Below, one piece after another: positions 35,901 through 50,900 of a stretch of 64,000 nt of DNA. Each line of letters starts with the position of its first letter. The first letter of the stretch is position 1. Under the pieces are notes generated by a model. The model was not told the DNA's origin and did no database searches. It saw only the letters and a program-made list of their open reading frames with translations. A program made the position numbers and the translations under genes. The stretch is from contig NC_134036.1 in NCBI RefSeq assembly GCF_964204645.1, positions 5,300,600 through 5,364,599 on the forward strand, read 5' to 3'. Origin of the DNA: Tubulanus polymorphus (taxonomy: Eukaryota; Animalia; Nemertea).

Positions 35901-38452
35901 TCCAAAATATTTTCCTTAACGTTTTCTCTTCCCATAAGGCTAACCTAAAAGTTTTGATATTTTTTGATAGCGATCATGTTATCTTATGAATTATAAGTGA
36001 ATTTACTCATTTAGGTTCAAAAAGTGTTTCATATTGTTACCTAGAATAAATAATCTATTAATTTCAATACACTTCAGAAGCTAGCGCAGCAAAGGGACAT
36101 TGAATTGTTTTACATCGGAAATGGGTTTGGAAGTAAAACAATGAAATTCATTATCACGTGTTTTCTCTTCTCAATAGCCGACTTGAAAGCATAAACAAAT
36201 CCGATTCCAATACAAATAGGCTCGGCTATACCTTAAGACTAGAGATTATTAATCATTTTCTTTCATCTCAATGAGCATTCCTTATATGTTACATGTTTAG
36301 ACATAATGTACAATACACCATGTTTTTGTAAACAGTTGTAGTCAAAAAAGATAAATAAACTCGATATGATAATGTAATTCGGGTTTAAGCTTCGCAGGAG
36401 GTTCTTCAAATACTCTCACCGTTGAAACACGCATCCGCCCCATGTATATTATGAGTTATTGACATATTAGATCTATTAGATATATAAATCACTAAGTTTT
36501 ATTAAAAGAACTGTCAAATGTCTCCTCATGGCTGCAGATATTGGTATAACTTTTGAAACGAACTACACAGTCAGGCGGCTATATTGTGCGGACGTTTCGG
36601 ACTAAAGCACCTATTTTGTTTACATGCTCTCAACGGTCAAAGTTTACAATTTTCAAAATGCTTTTGACCTTAAGGTGCACTAGTTCGTACTATCCCGTTA
36701 GCAACATCGCTTGTTTTTTCTTACCCCAAGAAAGTACGTGTCACTTTTTCCAACACACACTCTGAGCTCATTTAGAACCCGAACAAATCAAAGAATCCTG
36801 TCATTAATCAACTGAATTCTGACACGCAAGTCCTAGGAGAGTTTAACCCGCTAAAACAAAAACGTTATCTTGGAAATAAAACATAATTGAATCAAATTGA
36901 AATCCTGAATTGCTAACTGTTATTTCAAGGAGATAATGGTAGCGTCAATCCAAAATATTTGCAATCTGCTAATTAAGGTCGTCTTCGTTTAAAAGATATG
37001 AATCGAAAGTTTAATGATATTGTTATGTATATATAGTAACTAAACTCTGGTTTACAAAAGAAACGCAGCGCACGAAACCAGTGAATATATGTCATGTTGA
37101 GGGATACATGATACATAGTGAAAACTGCTGTCGTGTTCAGAAAGCTAGAGCGTTTTTACAGTAACTGCCTCGAGGCGTTTAAGATCACGCGCCTTGCTGC
37201 AATATCTATTCAGTATCGAAGTCATACATTCGATTCTAGAAAATGCTGAGATATGCAGAATATTTCAAATACGCGTGACCTAGTATATATGTAGTTAAGC
37301 TAACCTTATCTGTTATATAGCTTTAGATCTAGCGCAATATTCAGATTTGGGATATCTTTGAAAGTAAAGAAACGTTCTTTTGTTTTTATCACAAGGTAAG
37401 GCGTGGAATTCTCTAATGCACAATACCTAATGTAGATATTTTAATTTAACCAAAATTTGTTCTTTTTCACTGCGAAATCGATCATGTACCGTTAATTCAG
37501 TCTTTTTCAAATCATACTACTCAGGATTGGTGTACCTAGATCCAACTTGTTGAAAGAAAATTCCTACGCAATAAATGTGGAAAAAATAGTCGTTGCCCAA
37601 CATTTCGTGAAATTTCGTCCGAATTCGTTTCGCCCACATAAAATGTCACATGCACAAAACATTTTTGTACTTTCTACGAAACTCTATTGGCCTCATATCG
37701 GAGATTTGTGTTCAATGAGATTGAGTTTGATTTTCATATTGTAGATATTAATCAAATCGATACCAGTATGATATGAAAATTCAATCTCTTGCGCTGTCCC
37801 AAAAGAGGGGAAAATGTTACACTCGAAAACGTTTGCTAGAATAAATTCATATATTCATTAGAAAATCAAGATTTGTACTGTTTTTGCTTCCATTGATTTT
37901 TGACAATTTCAACTCTCAAACCAAGATCAGAATCAACAGCGTTTTCGATGATAATGAGTTTTTATAAAAGGCTGATATATACGCAGTTATAGATTCAACA
38001 TTGACTTGAATTTCATCTTTCTAAATATTCGATCACCTTTTTCCATCTTGTTTCATTCGACGATACGAATTTTAAATATCGTCTACGAACCACGAAGAAC
38101 GAAATCAAAATCATTTGTATATTGAATCAGAAATAAGGATTAGAATATTTCTGGTCGGGTAAGGTCTGGTCGTTTTGAGTGGATGGGGTTTAATGATTGT
38201 ATGGATAGAACATATAGTAATGAGTGAATAAACCAAAACTGGAATAAATGCAAACAATAAGAACGTCTCTATCCTGTTGGGTTTTCATGGGTTGAATTTG
38301 CAACGTACGCATTTATGCTGAAATATTTGAAGCATTTTGGACTCGACGGAGCGAATTTTCTGATTGGATGAAATCGGATGGTAATCCGACAAATAAACGA
38401 TCACGTGAAACTTGACGAATTTCGTTCATTCTATCGCAGTGACGTGTTCGGA

Positions 38453-41400
38453 ATGGAGCAGCGACTGAGAGCGTTGTTTATAGCGTCGCTAATCGTCTGT
38501 AAAGTTCGCATCGCGCGCGCTGATCGCGCAGACTCTATCGAGGAATCGTCTGTGACGGTAAGTTCGTCTTGTAACAACACGTGGTACCCCGTAGATTCTA
38601 CGTCCGGTTACATCGTTTCACCGAATTACCCGTCGTTAACGCACGATGTTGAATGTCGTTGGATCATGAACAGCTCATTACCGGGAACTTTTCACGTCCA
38701 AGTTTACTACGATTTCGAGCCGTCAATATTCTGTAGTGATAACTACCTTCTCGTCTACGAGTCTGATAACAGATTGTGCGGCGATGGAAAATATGAAATC
38801 CGCCGTGACGATTCGATCTCGTTTATGTTAAGGAGTAATGTCGATGGTGCGCGAGGTAGTCGGGTTTATGTTATATATCGTTATGAACGAAGCCGATTGA
38901 GAATACGTCACAACTGCAGGGAACGAAATTACAATTTGAATGAATTGCAAACGTCGAAGGGATACAAATACAGTATAGGATATCTAAGGCAATGTCGGTT
39001 GTACCTAACATGGATCGGGATGCCCGATTATTTCGCTTTTAACTTGACTTTCCAGAAGTTAGACTACAGAACATCCTCTATTTTTCCAGCTATAACAGTC
39101 CACGATGGATGGAACACCAGCAGTGAACCTATAGGTATTATACGAGAACAAACCGGACATCCACCTTCCTCATTTTATACTAATTCAAATAAAGCCGTAA
39201 TATCATCGCTTCGTCGCCCAGTGATCTTTCGATCACAGCTTTTAGTTCAGATGTATAAAGTATCAGATTGGAACGTCTCTAATCCGTTGATTCAAATCGC
39301 TAAAAACGAGTCGGGAGTGCTCATACCCGATGACAACAGTTTACACATAATAACTCGATCGAAACACTTACACTGCTGGTCTATCACAGCGCAGGTGTTA
39401 CAGTACGTCGTCTTCAACTGGACACGTGATCTAGTCTCGTCCGGTGACGTCATCGGTGTATATAAACAAGAAGGGCTACGCGTTGTGGGAACTGATATCT
39501 TACTCGGATACAACTACCTGGAATCACTGAGTGTCAAATCTGACGGCTTTCTTGTTGTACTATGCGCTCTGAAAGCAACACTTGACGATAATGTAACATT
39601 TGAAATAAACTATGAAATCGAATTTATTTCGCTGGAGAATATAAAGGTCTACAACCCTCGGGTGAGTTAAATTCGTGAAATTATTTAACTCCGTATGAAA
39701 ATAATTTAAGTCAACAAATATGTACGATGCACTTAAAATGGGCTTTTTAATAACTAGGTACCGGGGATCGCAATGTGGTCCATGACGCCGTTAATGCTGT
39801 TTCCAACACGAACAAAGCTCTATTTGAATTATCGCATCACTAGATACGAGTTGAAATGGAAAACTGAGATTAATGAAGAGAATATGGAACTAACAGTTTT
39901 ATCAGAGAACTGCGAGCGCGTGGGATTTTACATATTCGACGGTGGTAATTTCACGGCTAGACGATACGGTCCGTATTGTCCGAAGAAATTAACATACGAC
40001 CGTAACGTCGTCAGCCTGATTACATCAGGTGGATCTGTTACTGTAGTAGGATACGCTTATAACTGGGACGATCAGTTAACAGTCGAAAAGGCATCACGCC
40101 TCAGATTTAGTACTACCGACTGTGACGGGTATGTTTTAAAGCAGGGAGAACGTCAGATCAATGCGTCGTCTGACTGCGTCTCGATAATACCTGAAAACCG
40201 ACGCCTCCCGTTAAAAAACATTTACATTTGGTCCAAACACGGATATGTACTTGATTCTTGTATTATCGACAAAAGATTCCCGATCGATAGATGCATGTTT
40301 CGACTGAACCTCCATTCTACCAATAACGGACTTGTTTTACAAACGGTGGATTTTAGGCTCGTAAGACCCTTCCGCGTGGAGCCGTTGTTTGTGAAACTAC
40401 GCCGTAAATGTATGGCCATGAAAAAGCCCGATAAGCTCACAGATATGACCTGGCAAACACCGGAATGCGGGTTAGTGCAGTCAATGAACTATCCCGGACC
40501 AGAATTCTACGGATCAGTCCGTAGAGCATACACTTTAGAATTCAGGACTAATCAGTTACAGATTCGATTTTACAGATTCGTTTTCAAGTACATTCAGGTA
40601 ATACCCTGCGAGAAATCGTCCTGGAGGGATGCGGATCCTATTTTGTTTATACAAAATATAAATCATTACAAAACGACCGGGCGTGTGGACACTCAACACA
40701 CAACAACAATATGCGGTAAAATGGCCGTATTGGGAACTGTATTTTATAGCTTGCATCACAAGATGCACCGGTTTCAGGTGGAAAATAATGTACCGAAATT
40801 TCAAATACAATACACCGTTATACGGTCTTTACTAGCCACACAGTTTGAAAATGTCTGTAAATCAGGATTTCTAGATTCGGGAATTTCATGCGTTGAAATA
40901 TATCAGAGATGAACGTCTGAATTGGAAGAATGCTGAATTGTATTGTATACAGAAGTACGCGGGACATCTACTCAGTATCAACTCACAACAGGAAATGATT
41001 TCTATTAAGACATTATTTGCCACGGAACTTCTTCGTAAAGCATACTCGCTGAAAGCGCTCATAGTGATGATTGGATTAAAACTGCAGGTAGATTTGAAAC
41101 ACGTTCGTAAGTTCTATGTTTTTAAATATAATGTTAGTTCCGGAAGTTTATTCTTTTTTTTTGTTTTGTAGCCCAATACCGGTTATTACACGTGGTCAGA
41201 TGGGAAACCATTAAGCTTCACAGAGTGGTATAATCCTACGAATAACGACACGATACCAGAAGTTGTTCAAGGATTGGTATCTACTCTCAGGAAACAACCG
41301 ATAAATGACGTCAATATGCCGTGTACGGCGATGATGCTGAATAATCCACGAGGATCAGCGAACTGGGTTCGATTCCCCTGCGAAATCGATGAGGTTCATA

Positions 41401-44400
41401 CGAGTTTCATTTGTGAAACAGAAAAAATCAATATCGGAAATAGAACATTTAGAAAGGTGAATTCAGCAAAAAATGACGAATCCATGATGCGGGAAAACAT
41501 GTCGAAAGAAAATAGTTGCACGTTTGGATGGTTAGGTATGAATAAACAATGCTATCAAATACTGACAGACTGGAAAAAACATCGAGGTTTGGATATAAAA
41601 ACTGCCACAGAGATGTGTCACGGCATCCGTGCAGAAATAGGCGCGATAACTGGTTACACAGAAAAAGAAAAAATGAACTTAATAAGAACATTTCAATATC
41701 AACATCAATATGGCTCTATACTAACGATGACACATAATGACGGACTGCTTGTTATAAACCCAATTATCACTAAGGATGAAATTACTTATATCGAATCAGT
41801 TAAATGGATGATGAGACAGTTTGATTATGAGACAGATACAGCGCATTCTGTTCTGTGCTCATACAATGTTACTGATGAAGAGTTATCTTCTATAAGCGGT
41901 TGTAAATCGTGGCAGTTTAAATGTAACGATCAAAGATGTATCAGCGACCATCGCGTATGTGATACCAGACAAGACTGTCAACACGGTGAAGATGAACTCA
42001 ATTGTACGGATATCAATTTACACAGTCAGTTTCAATGCAAAGATGGTCAGATTATATCAATAAGTGGTTTCTGTGATTTCATACAAGATTGTGTGGATGG
42101 TTCCGATGAGAACTCGTGTTTTCATCCCCCGTGTTTGTCCGGAGAATTCCGCTGTATCAGTGGTCAATGCGTCATCAGGTCAAACAGATGTGACGGTGTT
42201 GCTAATTGTAAAGACGGATCAGATGAAATCGAATGCACAGCTGAAATGTGTCAGGGATTCCTGTGTAACAGTGGAGACTGTCTTAGTTCTCAGTTGTATC
42301 AGGATGGTGTCGTGGATTGTAGTGGAAGCCTTGAAGAAGATGAATTAGTAACAACTATTAATGTTACAGTGAATCCTACTGTTCGTTGTAATAATGAAAA
42401 CGACTGTACGACTAACTTCACAAATCTCTGTACAGAATCTGATGAACAAAGATGTTCTTTCAATTCTCCTCATTGTTATTCAAGACGTCACAGATGTATT
42501 CTAGAAAGAATGACGAATGGTTTCCCAGTTTGTAGAAATCTTGAGCACGTATTGAGATGTGAAGAATTTCAATGTCCAGCTGGTACTGTAAAATGTCCTG
42601 CATCGTACTGTTTACCGATCAGGCAAGTGTGCGACGGTCAATCAGATTGTCCTCATTCAGAAAATGAACAAAACTGCGAGATATTTTCATGCCCAGGAAT
42701 GTTTAAATGCGGCCGCGAAAATCGATGTATTCCACAATTTGATATCTGCGATGGCGTCATACATTGTAAACATACAACTGATGACGAGGCTTTCTGTAAC
42801 GTTAAATGTCGCGAAGGTTGTTACTGTCAAGGTCATATGATAGATTGTAGGAATTCCGGTTTAATGAACATTACCGGTTTTTTCTCGGCTTCAACTCGAG
42901 TTTTAATTTTATCGAATAACGAATTAACCTTAGAAACGTCGACATTCTTTTCATATGTATATTTGCGCATGCTCAACATCTCCTTTACCAGATTGTCTTA
43001 TATATTACCAAACTCGTTCTCAAACCTGCATAATCTTCATACATTAGACCTTACGTATAACAACCTCACATCACTATCCGCAAATACGTTCACCGGTTTG
43101 TATAGTTTGAACGAGTTATTCATAACTGAAAATCCGTTGCGTCAATTAGAGGATGATACATTCCAAGATTTGAAGTCCCTGAAAAATCTCGACCTACACG
43201 GACTCAGGTTGTTGGTGCTTGATAGAAATGTATTTCGAGGGTTATCTTCATTACGATTGATGAATATCAGCAGTAACAGAATACATCATATTTCACGATA
43301 CGCATTTTCTGGATTAAGCTCACTTGAAATTCTTGATATAACCAACAATTACGAAGTTATTTCTGCCGACAGAAATGTTTTCATCAATCTGACATCATTA
43401 GTCTCCCTTATGTCTGACCATTACAAATTTTGCTGCATGGCTCCGAATATTGACCAGTGCCTTCCGGAAGCTGATCAATTTTCCTCCTGTTCTGATCTGA
43501 TGGGAAACACAGTCCTCAGAGCTATCATTTGGGTCATCGCTTCATTCAGTCTTATCGCGAACAGTATGGTCATTTCTCTGCGCGTTCGTGCGATTCGATT
43601 ATCCCCTTCAAATCCATCTTCAGATATCATCATCATTAATGTCGCTGTGTGTGATTTTATGATGTCTATATATTTGTTTCTGATCGCTGGAGCCGATTAT
43701 CTTTATAAAGATAATTACTTTCTCTATTCCGAATCGTGGACGGACAGTTTGTTTTGTCGTCTTGCTGGAATCACGGTGTCTATTTCTTGTGAAGGTTCAT
43801 TGATATTTTTGCTCATGGTGACGAGTTATAGGTTCTCAAATATCGTTAATCCATTTTCAGGAAGCGCAATAACATCTCCGAAATATCTGTGCATTATTTG
43901 TTGCACATGTTGGATTGTCTTGTGTGTCATTGTATTACTACCTCTTACACCTTTCCCTTACTTTGGAGACAATTTCTACGGTACAACTGGAGTTTGTTTA
44001 CCGATGAATTTGATTTCAATCGATGTGAATGCCTGGCAATATTCATTCGCTATTTTTGCTGTTTTTAACTCTGGCATACTTGCAACGATAATAGCGACTT
44101 ATGCGCGAATGTTCAGACTCGTATCTGGAAGCAGGTCTGGTTCGGGTAGAGCTGATCCTACGGAACTGGTTTTAGCGCGCAGGAGTTTGGTGATAAATCT
44201 TTGTAATCTATTTTGCTGGCTGCCGTTGATTATCGTTCAGTTTTGCGCGGTATTACGGGTAGAAATACCGAATCAGGTGGCGGCTTGGCTGGCGGTTCTT
44301 TTCTTACCGATCAACTCGTCCCTCAATCCCCTTCTTTACACAATTCTGACTATCGATATGAAATCCATACGAGCAAAAACTAAACGCAGGCTTCTTCGAA

Positions 44401-44408
44401 AAGATTGA
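38453..44408 (+). pseudogene. GRL101: GRL101-like CUB-CTL-LDLa-LRR GPCR, copy 3 (type B), frameshifted in exon 2
   Basis: Exons 38453-39661, 39758-41087 and 41172-44408. There is one extra base at ~40894-40895 (TGC GTT G AAA TAT vs TGC GTC/GTA AAA TAY in copies 1, 2 and 5), giving TGA at 40910-40912. The first ATG is also lost. Exon 3 is still fully open, so the lesion is recent or an assembly error. Confidence 0.75.
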
Positions 44409-46303
44409 CAAGATAGTTTTACACTCACCAAAAGCAGCGTTCGGGTGGTACAATTCAGTTGATACGATTTTTCGATTTCGTTGTCTGGTCGGGATATATC
44501 AATGTAGAACATCATCCTTAACGTTTACGTGAGACAACAATCTAAAAAATATATAGATAATCTTTCACAGTTTTATTTCACGTGAAATATTTCTAATTTT
44601 CTGAATTTACTCGATCACTTTATCTCATCAACTTCTCAATATTTACAGTGGATGTATGGACAGTAAGACCCAGGTTTTAACCCTTTCGTTGGGGCATATT
44701 CATATTGCTTACGATTTCTATGTGGGAATGAATCCTCTTTTTTGTTTTGACTTAAGCGTTTTGTATTGACTTAATGAAAAAAGACCCCGAAATGATATAT
44801 CCATTCTGAAGCTAAGTTAGTAGAAACAACCGGAAATCTGGGTAAGCAATGACCTAGATCTTGAGGTCAAATTTAGGTCACGCCTTTGTTTACATGAATT
44901 AGTTTGCTAATAAAAAACATTGCTAGCTCGCCGATGAGGTTTGAGCAGCCGGTTGGACTAGTTTAATATCTAGTGGAAATTAGGTTAGTAGGCCAAGTGT
45001 CGACTGTCAGGTGACTACGTCAAACATATCACATCTTTACGCTTTATGTGACGAAGATATAAAGCTTTCGGGTCGGGTGGTGGTAAGTGTAGAATCGCAA
45101 AAATTCGAAGTACATCAAAGTGTCCCATAAACTCCTTTAACTCACTTCTTGTGACAGTGGCAATAATGCACTTTCCGAAAAATGTGCTTACTTTTTGCTT
45201 TTTGAAAGTGAGTTTTTAGAGCGTCTGTATCTCGATACTGCGCTACAAGAACAATGACCAACGGGTAGACACCCAAGGAGCAACTATTGCTCGTATGGAC
45301 TCAACACACGATAGAGTCACTGTGTCAGGAACCCTTATCGCTCCCGTGCGGAGAGTGGGGATGCCCGACACGGTAACAAGTATCTCACTAAATTGATTGT
45401 ACCTACGGCGCAGTAACGAAACACGGGCAAACTCTCTTTCACAAAGTGTGAAAAGCATCTTTAGAAAGTGTATTATTCATCGTCATTACCGCTGGACGTA
45501 TCGGCCCCACTCCGCGCGGTTGCGCCACCGCGCAGGATTTACGCGAAGCAGCAGAACACAAACATGGCCACTCTTCCAATTTTCAATGATAGAAATCGTG
45601 TGTGCATTTCAATTATTTCGGCTGTTAGGGTTTTAAGGCACAATATAAGTTGATGATGCGATATGGCGATGTTAATTAATGATAATTCCGCAGTGAAGCT
45701 AGTCACGAACGGTGCCGATTGAGTGTACAGCTGCCAAAACACTGAAACGTGCATAGTTGCGTAACTATTTGCAGTGAATTGCAGACAAAACATGAAGCCT
45801 TAACGGACATTTAAAAAAAAATTATACCAATCGCAATTGTAAAATAAAATGAGATAGAACCTAAGTTAAAATTCTGGCCATTTCTAAAATATTATTACTA
45901 ATTTTTAGTCAGGGCCGAAGGTTTAGTTTTCCAACAATAATGAGGCGTGGTAGGTAGTCATGCAATTCAAGTCATCATTTATTACACGTTACTTCCGTGT
46001 TGTTGAAAATCTCGCGAGTCCTGGACCAAACCCCAATGAACAATGTGATCTGTGTGCTGGCCACAAATGCACACAGATCACACTACACTACCCATTAAAC
46101 ACTCCAGTACCCACAGCTTTTATATATCCATCCAAATATTTAGAGTGGATGATAGATAACAAGTGCACACGAATTGATTGTATGACATATCACATAATAT
46201 CGTCACGCTTTATGCGACAAAGACGTAAAGCTTTCGGCCGGGTGGTAGTAACGGCTAGTTTAGTTTGAGCTCTTTTTTGAAGAATCTAATCTATAAAAGA
46301 TCG

Positions 46304-46435
46304 GGACCAGTTGCTCAGAAGTTGGATAAAGATAAAGTGTATTATTCATGAATAGCATAGTTAAAATGAACTTTTAATTTTCACCATGTCAAGTGTCCAC
46401 TGGTTAACTCTTACCAAATTCTGAGCGACTGGTCC
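46304..46435. mobile_element. Small MITE-like inverted-repeat element (~130 bp)
   Basis: ggaccagttgctcagaagttgg ... ccaaattctgagcgactggtcc inverted ends around an AT-rich core. Confidence 0.55.
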
Positions 46436-47991
46436 TTGAATGGTGACAAAGAGGACCGAGGAACAGGGGTTCCCTTGCTGGAAACGAAACTATGTCTTTC
46501 GAAACAACATCATCGAATCGAATCGAAAACTTCAAATTCTCATTCCAAGCAGACAATCGTTGCTGACTATAGCCATATAAGATTTCCACGCTATGAATAA
46601 AGCGTTACAGTCTTCAAAAACATTTTCTAATCTACTAATCAAGGTTTTCTTAGATGAAAAGATATCAATATTAGGTTTATAATGATATCATGGTGTATAT
46701 ACATTGACTATTCTCGGGTTTTCAAAAGACCGTGGCGCACGAAACCATCGTGAGTATATTTGATATAGAGGAATGCATGATACATTGTACTGAAATCCGC
46801 TGTCATGTACAGAAATGTTGAGACCGTTTTTACAGTAACTGCCTCCAGGCATTTCACAATATATAAGCATTGCCGCAATATCTCTTCAGTGTCTCACTCA
46901 GTTGGATTCTAGAAAACGTTGGGATATGCAACAAATTTCAAATACGAATGGATTTAAACTATCCTTATCACCGATGTAGCTTTAAATTCAGCGCAATACT
47001 CAAATTTTGATGGGAAAGCTTTTATTATTAAACAAAATTGTTCAATTTGTTTTAATCCATTATAATTAGGCGTGAGAAAATACAGGTTATACAGATATTC
47101 CTATTCGATCGGACGTATTTATCAAAACGAAAAATCTACTTATCGCGAATATCCCAATTCGGGATCTATAATCATATACTGTTCAGACAATGTGACTCGA
47201 ACTATTGTTTTTAGAGAATTCCTATTCGGTCGAGGCACACGACAGAAGATGCCAAAATAAACGTTGAGCTAAATCGCTGCATTCATATACCTTGGAGTAA
47301 TCATTTTCAAATGATTACTCCAAGCATATACAATGTCTATTTCGTTTGAATATGACGCGCTGGAATTCCTGTGGCCTCTTCGAGACTCGATCGGACTTAT
47401 ATCCCAGATTTGTGTCAAAAGATCAGATTGAGTTTGATTTACGTTTCTTATTCTAAATATTAATAAAATCAACAGCGATTTCGATGATAATGAGTTTTTA
47501 TACAACGTCCTGCTATACGCGGTTATAGAAACGAAGTCGATTCGAATTTTACGTTTCTAAAGCAAAATTAAATCTCATTTCTAATAATCTCGTAACGGTA
47601 ACTTTTGATGACATGCATAACTTACGCGTTTCATATGAAGGAAAAAAATCGATACCTTATTTATATATTTGTTATTAAATGTATAATGAATCGGAAATTC
47701 GGATCGACGGATGTTTTGAGTATATATATGTAGTAATTATATGAACATTAACATATAGCGATGAATGAACGAAATAAAACTAGAATAAGTGAGAAAATCA
47801 AGGATCTCCTTATTCTGTTGCGTCATTATTTTTTCTTCGGTTGAATTTACGAAATATGTATTTTTTACTGAACACATACTATGATTTTCGACTCGCCGGA
47901 TCGAATTTTCTGATTGGATGAAATCGGATCGTGATCCGACCAATGACAGATTCTGTGAAACTTGATGAATTTCGTTCATTCTGTCGCAGTG

Positions 47992-50900
47992 ATGTTGTTC
48001 GGTGTGGAGCAGCGCCTGAGAGCGCTGTTTATTTCGTCGCTGATCGTCTGTCAAATTCGCATCGCGCGCGCTGATCGCGCAGACTCTATCGAGGAATCGT
48101 CTGTGACGGTAAGTTCGTCTTGTAACAATACGTGGTACCCGCTAGATTTTACGTCCGGTTACATCGTTTCACCGAATTACCCGTCGTTCACGCGCGGTGT
48201 TGAATGTCGTTGGTTCATCAACAGTTCTTTACCAGGAACTTTCTTCATCCAAACGAAATTCGATATCGAGCCGTCAATATTCTGTAGTGATAATTACTTC
48301 CTCGTCTACGAGTCTGATAACAGATTCTGTGGTGATGGAAAACATGAAATTCGCCGTAACGAATCGATCTCGTTGATGTTTAAGAGTAACGTCGATGGCG
48401 CACGAGGTAGTCGGGTTTATGTCATATATCGTTATGATCGAAGTCGATTGAGAATCAGCCACGGATGCGGGATCTGGAATTTTAAAGTGCACGAATTGGA
48501 AACATCGACCGGATACAAATTCACGATGTTCTTTCATCGCGGATGTCAGCTGTTCGTCGAATGGAACGGCATCCCGGATGGTTTTGCTATGAATTTCACA
48601 TTCGTTGATCTGGACCTTAAACTATATTATTTCGGTGGCGTCGATCCAGCGGTGAATTTTCGTATCTATGAAGGCTGGAACATCAGCAGTGAGCCGATAG
48701 CGCTTATAGGTGCACAGAGCGGACAACAGCCGTCATCGTTTTATACCAAAACAAACAAGGCATTGCTTTATGTGTTAAATCAACGCAAAACAACGACTGA
48801 ACTTTTAGTACAAATTTATAAAATATCAGATTGGAACGTATCTAATCCGTTGGTTCAGATCTCTAATAACAAGTCGGGAGTGCTCATTCCCGATGACAAC
48901 AGTTTACACGTAATAACTCGATCGAAACACCTACACTGCTGGTCTATCACAGTGCAGGTGTTACAGTACGTCGTCTTCAACTGGACACGTGATCTCGTCA
49001 TATCCAGTGACGTCATCGGTGTATATAAGTTAGAAGCGTTGCGCGTTGTAGGAACTGATATTTTACTCGGTTACAACTACCTGGAATCACTGAGTGTTAA
49101 ATCTGACGGCTTTCTCGTCATACTGTGTGTTTTAACGAGACCGAACATCACGGAATCGATTCTAAGGATAGACTTCAGAATGAAATCAATATCGATGTCT
49201 AAATTGCGCATCATTCTACCCAGAGTAGGTATCAGATCATTGATGCACTCATATTTACACTCCATCGACGGAGATTCGCAGCTATGATTTCTAATGAAAT
49301 GAATTATTCTTTTGCTCAAATATATAGATAGACAACAGATTAAAACTGTCTACGAAGTCGATGGCATTTTTTTCGCTGCTTCCATTTCCGACAAGGAAGT
49401 TGAATTATCGCGTCAACCTGTACAGATTCAAATGGAAAGTCGAAATCTACGACAGCGATCTACAATTGAAAATGGTGTCTGTGAATTGTGAAAATACCGG
49501 ATACTACATATACGACGGTGGTAATTTCACGGCTAGACGATACGGTCCGTATTGTCCTGGTTCATCGGGTTATCGACGAAGTGTCGTCAGTCTGATTACA
49601 TCAGGCGGCCCGGTCATCGTAGTAGGCTATATTTATAACAGTCGAAGCAAGCAACGGATGGCCAGCGGATCTTTAAAGTTACGTCCGACCGACTGTGACG
49701 GTTATACTCTGCGCGAAGGAGAAAACCGGGTAACAATGCCGCAGACGCCACGCTGTTTCAGGATTACACCAGAAAACCGAGCAGTTTTACTACATAAAAT
49801 TCACATATTATCACAGCGCGAATTTGAGATCAGCGGATGCAGGCGCGATAACAGAACATCGCGCACAGCATGTAGATATCAAATGGTTCTCAGTATTCAG
49901 CGTCTTAACAACAGTCTCGTACTGCACACTGTCGCATTTCGGAGGGCGGATTTCTTCTGGATAAGACCGTACTTCGTCGAATTGCGGCGCATTTGCCAAA
50001 CATTGAGAAAACATGCAGTAATATCTGACTGGTGGGAGCGAACTGAAGGCGATTGCGGAATCGTGCAGTCACCAAACTACCCAGGGTCATCTAACCCGTT
50101 ATCCGTTACGTTGGAATACTGGATCGAATTCCAAAATGTTCTGACCCGAATTCACTTTTACCGATTCGTCATCAAAACAATGGAAAAGACGTCTTGTATT
50201 AAAGAATCCAGATACAAACTGGAGTCCGTCGCGTTCGTCCAGGAAGTAAGTTACCAGAGCCGCACAGCCCGACACGTAATCAAACTGTGCGAAACGTTTG
50301 CCGAACCGGGAGTTACGTTTTACAGTTATATGAATATTAAGATGCGCATCGAGGTGAAAAACCGAGTACCCAAATTTCGCATACAGTACGTACTAGAGGA
50401 ACAGTTACCAATAAAACAGATTGAAAATGTCTGTAAAACGGGATATATTGATACGGGAATCACTTGCGTAAAACACATCAGCGATAAACGTCTAAATTGG
50501 GAGAATGCTGAATTGTATTGTAGACACAAATACGCGGGACATCTACTCAGTATAAACTCACAACAGGAAATAATGTCTATTAAAATATTATTCTCTACAA
50601 GGCCGCTCATCTTAGATGTGTATTCGCAGAAAGCGTTCATAATGATGATTGGGTTAAAACTGCAGGTACAGTACTGTATTCTAGCCCATAACCTAAACTG
50701 TACATAGAACACATTCGTAAATGTCCGAGGGTTACATTTTCAGCTTGTAAATGGTTATTACACGTGGACTGATGGAAAACCATTGAGCTACACAGAGTGG
50801 TATCAACCTACAAATAACGACACGATACCAGAAGTAATTCAAGGATTGATATCTCCTCTCAGAAAACAACCGATAAATGACGTCAATATGCCGTGTACGG

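Noticed and set aside
45025-46250. ~65-bp imperfect direct repeat (45025-45088 and 46185-46250) as LTRs
   Set aside because: Too short and diverged, with no TG...CA ends, TSD or internal coding remnants recognised.
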